Assembly: GCA_964523415.1 (NCBI GenBank)
Contig: CAZFZB010000001.1
Location: forward strand, 16,073-80,072
Reading direction: 5' to 3'
Length of the DNA stretch: 64,000 nucleotides
Source: an uncultured Chromatiaceae bacterium
GTDB lineage: Bacteria; Pseudomonadota; Gammaproteobacteria; Chromatiales; Chromatiaceae
Shown: piece after piece, positions 49,232 through 56,750 of the stretch
How the letters are laid out: each line of letters begins with the position of its first letter
Position numbering within the stretch: position 1 is the stretch's first letter
Notes under the pieces: generated by a model
Told to the model about the DNA's origin: nothing
Seen by the model: the letters and a program-made list of their open reading frames with translations, nothing else
Database searches by the model: none
Made by a program: the position numbers and the translations under genes

Positions 49232-50262
49232 CGAAACAGCCAGGCGGCGATGGCGATAAAAACCAGGGCCAGGGCCGCAAGCAGCAGGACCTGGGGCAGG
49301 ACATCCACCACTTGGGCGCCGTCGATCATGACCTGGCGTGCGGCGTCGACCAGATGGGTCAGAGGTGAAAGCTGGGACAGAAACCGGGCGATGGCGCTGG
49401 TGCCTTCCATGGAGTACCAAACGCCGGACAGTAATAGCAGGGGCCAGGAGATGAGGTTGAGTACACCATTCGCCAGTTCCTCCGTGCGCCAGCGGGAGGC
49501 GACGATCAGCCCCAGACTGATGAGGCACAGGGCGCCGGTGGCATAGACAAGCACCAGGGCGGCATAGGAGCCCCGCATGGTGAAATCAAGAAGCAAATCG
49601 ACCCCAACAAAGATGAAGAGGCTCGCGGACATCACCACCAGCAGGCGGGACAGAACCTGGGCGGTAAGAAACTCAAAGGGCGTCAAGGGGGTTGCCTTGA
49701 GCCGGCGCAGGACACCATTCTTGCGGTACCGCACTATGACCCAACCCACCCCCCAGAGGCTGGAGAACATGATATTCATAGCCAGAATGCCGGGCAGTAC
49801 CCAGTCCGCGTACCGCAGGGCGGCGCCACTGCGGGTCCGCCGCTCGGGTCCCGCCCCTGGTGACCCGGCCCCCCCCGTTCCGGCCTCGGCCCCGAGCAGG
49901 AGATGTTCCGCCAGATAACCCCGTGGGGATTCCGAGTTCACCCAATAGGTGAGGGGCTTGGTGCGCGGGTCCAGCAAGAGATCGAGTTGATGGCGATCCA
50001 CCTGGGTGATAGCAGTCTCCGCATTCGTCACGGGAACGAACTTAATATGATCGAGGGCCAGGAACCCCGCCGTGGCGGGCGGCAGGGCCCCGTCCACCGC
50101 CACCACCCCGACCTTGAAGGGGTCCTCTGGTTCACCGCTGAAGATAAGGGCGAAGGCCAACACCATCAGGATGGGCATAAAGATATTCCAGCCCAGGCCC
50201 GCACGATCCCGGTAAAACTCCCGGTTACGGGCGACCAGGATGGCAAGAATTCGACGCCACAT
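49222..50262 (-). CDS. ABC-2 type transporter permease
   Basis: N-terminal cytoplasmic RNREFYRDRAG, a large periplasmic loop, and five C-terminal TM helices. Confidence 0.75.
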   Translation of the reverse strand: MWRRILAILVARNREFYRDRAGLGWNIFMPILMVLAFALIFSGEPEDPFKVGVVAVDGALPPATAGFLALDHIKFVPVTNAETAITQVDRHQLDLLLDPRTKPLTYWVNSESPRGYLAEHLLLGAEAGTGGAGSPGAGPERRTRSGAALRYADWVLPGILAMNIMFSSLWGVGWVIVRYRKNGVLRRLKATPLTPFEFLTAQVLSRLLVVMSASLFIFVGVDLLLDFTMRGSYAALVLVYATGALCLISLGLIVASRWRTEELANGVLNLISWPLLLLSGVWYSMEGTSAIARFLSQLSPLTHLVDAARQVMIDGAQVVDVLPQVLLLAALALVFIAIAAWLFRWE

Positions 50263-50328
50263 GTGGGTTACTCCCAGGTGCCCGAATGGAAGGGACCGCC
50301 AAGTGGGCCTCGCAGCCCTATGGGCCCA

Positions 50329-51282
50329 TCAGGTCCGCAGTTCATGTCCCGTAAGCTTGATAAAGAGGTCCTCCAGATTAGGGGTCGTGACCCGCAGGAA
50401 GGCCAGATCCGCCCCGACCGCCTCCAGGTCCTTGAGGACCGCTGACACCGCCTCGGCAAACAACTCGATTTGGCCATTGCGGCTCATGGCACCCGCCGGC
50501 AAGGGTACCTGGGGAGGCCAACCAGCGGCGGGCAAGCGGATCAAGGTGGCGGGGAAGTGCTCACGCACCAGTTGGTGGGGATCACCTTGGGCGATGATCC
50601 GGCCCTGATCCACGATAGCGATTTCGTCACACAGATGTTCGGCCTCTTCCATGTAGTGGGTGGTGAGGAGAACCGTGGTCCCCCGGGCACGCACCATCTC
50701 GATCAGGCCCCAAAAGTTGCGCCGGGCCTGGGGGTCGAGGCCAGTGGTCGGTTCATCCAGAAAGACGAGTTCCGGGTCGTTCACCAGGGCGAGGGCGAGC
50801 AGCAGGCGTTGGCGCTGCCCCCCCGAGAGCCTGCGGGTGTCACGATCCAGGATGTCGTCCAGGTTACAGAGCCGAACCAACTCCTCCCTGGGGGCTGTGC
50901 GACGATAGAGGGACGCGAACATGTCGAGAGACTCGGCCACAGTCTGAAAGTCCTGGAGGGCGGTCACCTGGAACTGGATGCCGACCGCCTCGCGATAAGC
51001 GGCGTCCAGGGGTCGACCCCGGAAGCGAACCTCGCCAGAAGAGGGCGTCTGGATACCCTCCAGCATCTCCAGGGTCGTGGTTTTACCGGCTCCGTTGGGA
51101 CCCAGAAGCCCGAAACAACGGCCAGGGGCTACGGCGAGGCTCACCCCATCCACGGCGCGGACGCCAGGGTAGGTCCGAACCAGGTCGTGGGCTTCGATCA
51201 GGCTGTCCAGGGGTAATGGCCTTGAAGTTGTAGTAGAGGGCGAGCGGACGGGGAAAGCTGGATTCCGGTAGTATTGTCCCAA
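50329..51282 (-). CDS. ABC transporter ATP-binding protein (ABC-2/CcmA-like)
   Basis: Walker A GPNGAGKTT, signature LSGGQRQRL, Walker B LVFLDEPTTGLD. The start is uncertain. TTG 51282 is chosen because the TTG at 51363 would overlap the divergent NnrU start. Confidence 0.8.
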   Translation of the reverse strand: MGQYYRNPAFPVRSPSTTTSRPLPLDSLIEAHDLVRTYPGVRAVDGVSLAVAPGRCFGLLGPNGAGKTTTLEMLEGIQTPSSGEVRFRGRPLDAAYREAVGIQFQVTALQDFQTVAESLDMFASLYRRTAPREELVRLCNLDDILDRDTRRLSGGQRQRLLLALALVNDPELVFLDEPTTGLDPQARRNFWGLIEMVRARGTTVLLTTHYMEEAEHLCDEIAIVDQGRIIAQGDPHQLVREHFPATLIRLPAAGWPPQVPLPAGAMSRNGQIELFAEAVSAVLKDLEAVGADLAFLRVTTPNLEDLFIKLTGHELRT

Positions 51283-51356
51283 GCCCGAGCCCGAACCGCC
51301 AGCGGCGATTTCCGGCCCTTGCCACCTCGATCTGAAACCCCCACCGGAGACTCCGC

Positions 51357-51935
51357 GTGACAATTCTTATCCTCGGCCTCTGCCTCTTCCTCGGCATCCA
51401 CTCCCTGGGCTTCCTCGCTCCCGCCTGGCGCGAACGCCAAGTGGCGCGTCTGGGCTTGACCGCCTGGCAGGGCATCGCCGGCCTAATCGGCCTCACCGGC
51501 TTCATCTTAATCATCTGGGGTTATGGTCTTGCCCGGATCCAGCCCATCCCCCTTTATGCCCCGCCCATCTGGTCCCGCCATCTCAGTCTGTTGATCATGC
51601 TGCCGGTCTTTCCCCTGCTCCTGGCCACCTATTTGCCAGGCCGTATCCAGTCTGCTGTCGTCCATCCCATGTTGACTGCCGTGATCATCTGGGCCCTGGC
51701 TCACCTGACCGCTAATGGCAATCTGGCGGACCTGCTGCTCTTCGGAGGCTTTCTGGCTTGGTCCCTGACTGACCGCATCTCCCTTCTATTCCGTCAGGCT
51801 CCGTCGATCCAGGCCGCCCCTCCCCATAAGGCCAACGATCTGCTCGCCATCGGTATCGGGCTTGCCCTCTATGTCGTCTTCCTGCTTTGGGCCCACAAGT
51901 GGCTGTTTGGGGTTTCGCCCCTGGGTACCACCTAA
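51357..51935 (+). CDS. NnrU-family membrane protein
   Basis: GTG start with GGAG 7 nt upstream. ILGLCLFLGIHS and five TM helices match the NnrU pattern. Confidence 0.65.
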   Translation: MTILILGLCLFLGIHSLGFLAPAWRERQVARLGLTAWQGIAGLIGLTGFILIIWGYGLARIQPIPLYAPPIWSRHLSLLIMLPVFPLLLATYLPGRIQSAVVHPMLTAVIIWALAHLTANGNLADLLLFGGFLAWSLTDRISLLFRQAPSIQAAPPHKANDLLAIGIGLALYVVFLLWAHKWLFGVSPLGTT

Positions 51936-52143
51936 CCCCAGGGATCCCAGGATTCCTGAATGGCTGCCCTACCCACCAGAGGTGACTGGAGGTAGGGGAG
52001 TCACTGGAGGGCCCTAGCCGCTCTCGGCCCGCCATCCCACCCCTGCCCCAACCCGGATCGGCGCATCCGGCTAGCTCCCCACTGATCACCAAACCCTCCC
52101 TTCCGGACCTCTATGGCATCCTCAGGGGCGGCGCCTCCTTTCC

Positions 52144-52779
52144 CTATTGCTCAACACCGCCCCCGATGGGATACGCCTGGGCACCGAGGCCCGTCAGTTC
52201 CCTTACCCGCGCCAAATCGCGTCGCAGCGCCTCCGCTAGCGGCTCCGGAACCCGCCCGGCAAAGGAGGAGACCAGTTCCTGGTAGTACCAGAGCGAGCCC
52301 TCCTTGCCGCCCGTAAAGCGATCCCAGACGATCTCACCAATCTCCGTCAGATCCAGAAGAATAGCTTGTAAATTCATTAATTTGTCGCAGGCTGATACCA
52401 ATAGGCCCGGACCGGCCGCAGCCCCTAGGTGGGCGAGATAGGCCTCCTTCCGCTGACGCCAGGGTGGCTTGCGGCCTGTGGCGTCTGGCAGGCCATCAGT
52501 ACAAAACTCCACCAGGTCGAGCACCTCGGGCCCAAAGCCATCCTGAATGGGTTGCGCCCAAGCGGACCCGGCATCTTCCAGGACATCATGGAGCAAGGCC
52601 GCGAGGATCTGGGCCTCGTTACCGCCATAGCGTTGCACCAGGGCGGCCACGGCCACCGGGTGGGTGATGTAGGGCAAGGGCAGGCCCATCGCATTTTCCG
52701 TGCCCTTGCGGATTTGCCCTTGGTGGGCGGCAGCGGCCAGTGCCATGGCAGCGTTGAAGCGTTCCGATAGCCTGTCCAA
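52144..52779 (-). CDS. HD-domain protein resembling the RelA/SpoT hydrolase domain (candidate small alarmone hydrolase)
   Basis: AAHQGQIRKG...YITHPVAVAALV...ALLHDVLED matches the SpoT-type HD hydrolase pattern. Start placed at TTG 52779 (GGGGG upstream); ATG 52746 is an alternative. Confidence 0.65.
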   Translation of the reverse strand: MDRLSERFNAAMALAAAAHQGQIRKGTENAMGLPLPYITHPVAVAALVQRYGGNEAQILAALLHDVLEDAGSAWAQPIQDGFGPEVLDLVEFCTDGLPDATGRKPPWRQRKEAYLAHLGAAAGPGLLVSACDKLMNLQAILLDLTEIGEIVWDRFTGGKEGSLWYYQELVSSFAGRVPEPLAEALRRDLARVRELTGLGAQAYPIGGGVEQ

Positions 52780-52790
52780 GTTACGGCCCC

Positions 52791-52976
52791 CTACAGGTGA
52801 TGGACCGGCATGCCGAGAAGACCGCCGAGAATGCTCATCACCAGCGATCCCACCAGGGTCAGAATGATGACCGCCGGGATGGCGGCTATCGCCGCCTTCA
52901 CCATAAACACGACGATAGACCAAAAGGGCATCTTGATATCCACGACAATGACTTCGCCCAAATTTGGGTTTTCCAT
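52791..52976 (-). CDS. Small membrane protein (61 aa)
   Basis: Two hydrophobic helices (FWSIVVFMVKAAIAAIPAVIILTLVGSLVMSILGGLLG). It ends 9 nt before the candidate start of the HD gene. Confidence 0.4.
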   Translation of the reverse strand: MENPNLGEVIVVDIKMPFWSIVVFMVKAAIAAIPAVIILTLVGSLVMSILGGLLGMPVHHL

Positions 52977-53264
52977 TGTGGCTCTCCCGTGATCGCAAGG
53001 TTGAAAAGCCGATTATTGCACGTCCTGCCTGGGGGAAGGGGGCCGACACCCTGCGCTCGGGTGGCCACCAGGGTCCAGATAAATTCGAGAGAAATGCCAA
53101 CCGGCCGATACGGCTTTACCAGGGTGACCGAACCTGCTCGATCGACTCACCCGCCATCCTTCACAGGGTGCCTAACTTATAGGTTTAGCCTCCTGGATGC
53201 ACTTTTCTCGAGTCGGTTTCTCTCCCAAAGTTGCGGCATGATTCCTGCTTATGTCCATGTCGCC

Positions 53265-53858
53265 ATGAAACCCGCAACCGACCTCCTAAGGGCAATGATC
53301 GTCGATACCGATGCCAAACGGCGGTCGTTACTGGCGCATGCGCTGGCTGAGGTCGGCTGTAACATCGTGGCGTCCGCGTCAATGAACGACAACTTGTTGC
53401 CCTTAATCGAGCAACATGACCCGGACATCATCATCATGGACATGGATATGCCAAGCCGCGACACCCTGGAAAACCTCGCCCGCGTCCAAAATCAAGTCCC
53501 GCGGCCCATCGTGATGTTCGCCCAGGACGACGATTCCGCGACCATCCGCCGAGCGGTGCAAGCCGGTGTCAGCGCCTATGTCGTTGATGGCCTGCAGACA
53601 CGCCGTGTACGTCCCATCATCGAAGCCGCTATTGCACGCTTCGAGCAATACCGTGGTCTTGAGGCCGAGCTGGCCCGGACCCGTGAACAACTTGCCGAAC
53701 GCAAGACTATCGAGAAGGCCAAGGGCCTGATCATGCGCCAGCGTGGTGTTTCCGAGAACGAGGCCTACCAGGCCCTGCGTAAGACGGCCATGCGCACCAA
53801 TAGCCGCATAGCTGACGTGGCCGAACGCCTGATCATCAGTGCCGAGTTGCTGTTCTGA
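53265..53858 (+). CDS. nasT: NasT-type response regulator with ANTAR RNA-binding domain
   Basis: REC domain (IIIMDMDMPSRD) plus ANTAR domain (RKTIEKAKGLIMRQRGVSENEAYQALRKTAMRTNSRIADVAERL). Start set at ATG 53265; ATG 53238 is an alternative. Confidence 0.85.
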   Translation: MKPATDLLRAMIVDTDAKRRSLLAHALAEVGCNIVASASMNDNLLPLIEQHDPDIIIMDMDMPSRDTLENLARVQNQVPRPIVMFAQDDDSATIRRAVQAGVSAYVVDGLQTRRVRPIIEAAIARFEQYRGLEAELARTREQLAERKTIEKAKGLIMRQRGVSENEAYQALRKTAMRTNSRIADVAERLIISAELLF

Positions 53859-53910
53859 CCCCACTGCCCTCGCACCAACTCAAGGCGACTCCCTTCCGAA
53901 ATCCCGCTAT

Positions 53911-53928
53911 TGGCACCTAAATGGTGCC
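53911..53928. promoter_or_regulatory. NtrC-type enhancer-like dyad TGGCACC-TAAA-TGGTGCC
   Basis: Perfect inverted repeat GGCACC/GGTGCC, resembling TGCACCA-N3-TGGTGCA, about 130 bp upstream of the sigma54 promoter candidate. Confidence 0.45.
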
Positions 53929-54046
53929 GCGGTCTTGCCCCCCGATCCCTCGTTAGCCGCGCATTCCAGTCTGGCACCCCCTATTCTTCCCGGGTGGTTG
54001 AGAAATTCAGCCTATTAGCAAAGTCCTCTACAGCCGCTCCAACAAC

Positions 54047-54062
54047 TGGCATGCCATTTGCC
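54047..54062 (+). promoter_or_regulatory. Sigma54 (-24/-12) promoter candidate CTGGCATGCCATTTGCC
   Basis: TGGCAT-N5-TTGC has the correct 12-nt GG-to-GC spacing and is a near-perfect match to YTGGCACGR-N3-TTGCW. Confidence 0.6.
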
Positions 54063-54133
54063 TTATAACTTCCAAAGAGCCACCGAATGCAAGCCCAATG
54101 GCGGGCCTTGTTCCCGGCACCCCACAAGCAAAC

Positions 54134-54170
54134 GCAGCCACTGTAGGCTGCGAAATGGACAACGGCGTCC
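54134..54170 (+). promoter_or_regulatory. ANTAR-target tandem hairpins (hexaloops ACUGUA and AACGGC)
   Basis: GCAGCC-ACTGTA-GGCTGC at 54134-54151 and GGAC-AACGGC-GTCC at 54157-54170. Both hexaloops have A at position 1 and G at position 4. The second hairpin overlaps the terminator 5' arm. Confidence 0.55.
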
Positions 54171-54222
54171 GGAACCGCTCCTTCTTCCCGAAGGGCCGTT
54201 TCGCGACGCCGTTTTGTTTTGT
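54161..54222 (+). terminator. Leader intrinsic terminator upstream of nrtA
   Basis: The 9-bp arms AACGGCGTC / GACGCCGTT are extended by CGGAAC / GTTTCG, with an inner CCC-GAA-GGG. The structure is followed by TTTTGTTTTGTG. Confidence 0.6.
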
Positions 54223-54256
54223 GAATTTCATCCCTTTTTAGACGAGGTGTACAGCC

Positions 54257-55654
54257 ATGACCAATCGATCCAGCCCCTCAACCCGCAGCCGTTTCATCAA
54301 GGGAGCCGTCGCCATGGCCATCTTGATCACCCTTGGGATGGAGTCCATGACCGGTTTGGCCGCCATAGGGGCGCCGGAGAAGGAGGACCTCAAGTTCGGA
54401 TTTATCAAGCTCACGGATATGGCGCCCCTCGCCATCGCCTACGAAAAGCATTTCTTCGAGGACGAAGGCCTCTATGTGACCCTCGAGGCCCAAGCGAACT
54501 GGAAGGTGCTTCTCGATGGCGTCATAGACGGCCAACTCGACGGTGCCCACATGCTGGCAGGTCAGCCTTTGGCCGCAACCATAGGTTTTGGTACCAAGGC
54601 GCACATCGTCACACCCCTCTCCATGGACCTCAACGGCAACGGCATTACCCTTGCGAACGAAGTCTGGCAGGCGATGAAGGATTATGTGCCTAAGCAGGCC
54701 GATGGCAAGCCTCAGCACCCTATTAAGGCGGATTATCTGAAGCCCGTAGTGGACAAGTACAAGGCAGAGGGTAAGCCCTTCAAGATGGGCATGGTGTTCC
54801 CAGTCTCGACGCACAACTACGAGTTGCGTTACTGGTTAGCCGCAGGCGGTATCAATCCTGGTTTCTACGCCCCCTCAAAGGGAGACATCACCGGCACCCT
54901 CAAGGCCGACGCCCTGCTCAGCGTGACCCCACCGCCACAGATGCCCGCGACCCTGGAGGCTGGAACCATCTATGGATACTGCGTGGGCGAGCCTTGGAAC
55001 CAGCAGGCCGTCATTAAGGGCATCGGAGTACCTGTCATCACCGATTACGAGATCTGGAAGAACAACCCAGAGAAGGTCTTCGGGATGACGAAAGAGTTCA
55101 CCGAGAAATATCCGAATACCACTGTCCGCGTCGTCAAGGCCATGATCCGAGCCGCCAAGTGGCTGGACGACAACAACAACGCCAATCGCCCGGAGGCAGT
55201 AAAGATCCTCTCCCAGCCCGCTTACGTGGGTGCGGACGCGGAGGTCATCGCCAACTCCATGACCGGTACCTTCGAGTACGAAAAGGGCGACAAGCGTGAG
55301 GTGCCCGACTTCAACGTCTTCTTCCGTCACAACGCGACCTACCCCTATTACTCGGACGCCGTCTGGTATCTGACCCAAATGCGCCGCTGGGGCCAAATCG
55401 CTGAACAGAAACCCGATGCCTGGTACATGGAAACGGCGAAGAGCGTCTATCGTCCCGACATCTACCGCAAGGCTGCCGAGGAACTGATCGCAGAAGGCAA
55501 GATGAAAACCGAGGACTTCCCGGACTTCGCCAAGGAAACCGGCTACCGCACGCCCCAGACCGAGTTCATCGATGGCGTCATCTTCGATGGCGCCAAGCCC
55601 AACGAGTATCTGGAGAAATTCAAGATCGGCCTCAAAGGCGACGACCGGGTCTAG
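54257..55654 (+). CDS. nrtA: Nitrate/nitrite ABC transporter substrate-binding protein (NrtA/CmpA family)
   Basis: Tat-like signal [30 protein letters not shown] and the NMT1/NrtA fold pattern. Confidence 0.9.
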   Translation: MTNRSSPSTRSRFIKGAVAMAILITLGMESMTGLAAIGAPEKEDLKFGFIKLTDMAPLAIAYEKHFFEDEGLYVTLEAQANWKVLLDGVIDGQLDGAHMLAGQPLAATIGFGTKAHIVTPLSMDLNGNGITLANEVWQAMKDYVPKQADGKPQHPIKADYLKPVVDKYKAEGKPFKMGMVFPVSTHNYELRYWLAAGGINPGFYAPSKGDITGTLKADALLSVTPPPQMPATLEAGTIYGYCVGEPWNQQAVIKGIGVPVITDYEIWKNNPEKVFGMTKEFTEKYPNTTVRVVKAMIRAAKWLDDNNNANRPEAVKILSQPAYVGADAEVIANSMTGTFEYEKGDKREVPDFNVFFRHNATYPYYSDAVWYLTQMRRWGQIAEQKPDAWYMETAKSVYRPDIYRKAAEELIAEGKMKTEDFPDFAKETGYRTPQTEFIDGVIFDGAKPNEYLEKFKIGLKGDDRV

Positions 55655-55702
55655 CCATTGCGCGGGGCGGTCCTCGGGACCCCCCGCCAGGGAGAAATCG
55701 AC

Positions 55703-56737
55703 ATGGGCATCGACATCAGTACCAACAAGACCTTTATACAGCCGTGGATCGGAACACCATCCGGGAAGCGGACCACCGCAATGCTGACCTGGGAGCGCCT
55801 GGGCAAGCCACTGGCCAAATTGGCCTGGGACATGATGGTGCCATTGGCTGCCATCGCCTTCTTCCTCCTGCTTTGGGGTTTCGGTGCCAGCCGGGTGGAA
55901 ACCTCCCTTGGACAACTGCCTGGCCCCATTGAGGTCTGGCACCAGACGACCGTCCTCTACCAGGAACACACCGCCGAGCGCGCTAAGGAAAGGGAGTTTT
56001 ACCAGCGTCAGGAAGAACGCAACGCAGCCAAGTTGGAGGAGAATCCCAAGGCTGAGGTCAAGATCCGTCACTACACCGGCAAGCCGACCTTTATAGATCA
56101 AATCCTGACCAGCCTGCTGACGGTGGCGACCGGGTTCCTATTGGCCTCGCTGATCGCGATTCCCATCGGCGTCGTCTGCGGCATGAACCAGACGCTTTAC
56201 CGCGCCTTCAATCCCGTGATCCAGGTCTTCAAACCCGTGTCGCCACTGGCGTGGCTGCCGCTCGTCACCATGGTGGTGTCGGCACTTTATGTTACCGACG
56301 ACCCGATATTCCAGAAATCATTCCTCAACTCGGCCATCACCGTAACCCTGTGCTGTCTCTGGCCCACCGTCATCAACACCACGGTAGGCGTAGCTGGTGT
56401 CAGCAAGGATTTGATCAACGTCAGCCGGGTACTGCGCCTGAACTGGCTGACTCGCACCACCAAAATCGTACTGCCCTCAGCCATCCCCATGATTTTCACC
56501 GGGCTGCGCCTGAGCCTGGGCATCGGCTGGATGGTGCTCATCGCCGCCGAAATGTTGGCCCAGAATCCGGGGCTCGGCAAGTTCGTCTGGGATGAATTCC
56601 AAAACGGCAGTTCGGAATCGCTATCGCGCATCATGGTGGCGGTACTGGTGATCGGGATACTCGGCTATCTGCTCGACCGCGGCATGCTCGCACTACAGCG
56701 CGCGGTGAGTTGGGACAAGAAAGCGGTGCTGCGTTAG
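55703..56737 (+). CDS. nrtB: Nitrate ABC transporter permease
   Basis: Six TM helices and the NrtB pattern. Start set at ATG 55703, with GGGAGA upstream. Confidence 0.9.
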   Translation: MGIDISTNKTFIQPWIGTPSGKRTTAMLTWERLGKPLAKLAWDMMVPLAAIAFFLLLWGFGASRVETSLGQLPGPIEVWHQTTVLYQEHTAERAKEREFYQRQEERNAAKLEENPKAEVKIRHYTGKPTFIDQILTSLLTVATGFLLASLIAIPIGVVCGMNQTLYRAFNPVIQVFKPVSPLAWLPLVTMVVSALYVTDDPIFQKSFLNSAITVTLCCLWPTVINTTVGVAGVSKDLINVSRVLRLNWLTRTTKIVLPSAIPMIFTGLRLSLGIGWMVLIAAEMLAQNPGLGKFVWDEFQNGSSESLSRIMVAVLVIGILGYLLDRGMLALQRAVSWDKKAVLR

Positions 56738-56750
56738 GAGGAATCGGCAC

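Noticed and set aside
54875-56101. 408-aa ORF on the minus strand
   Set aside because: It is antisense to nrtA and nrtB and spans their intergenic gap. It has shadow-ORF composition.
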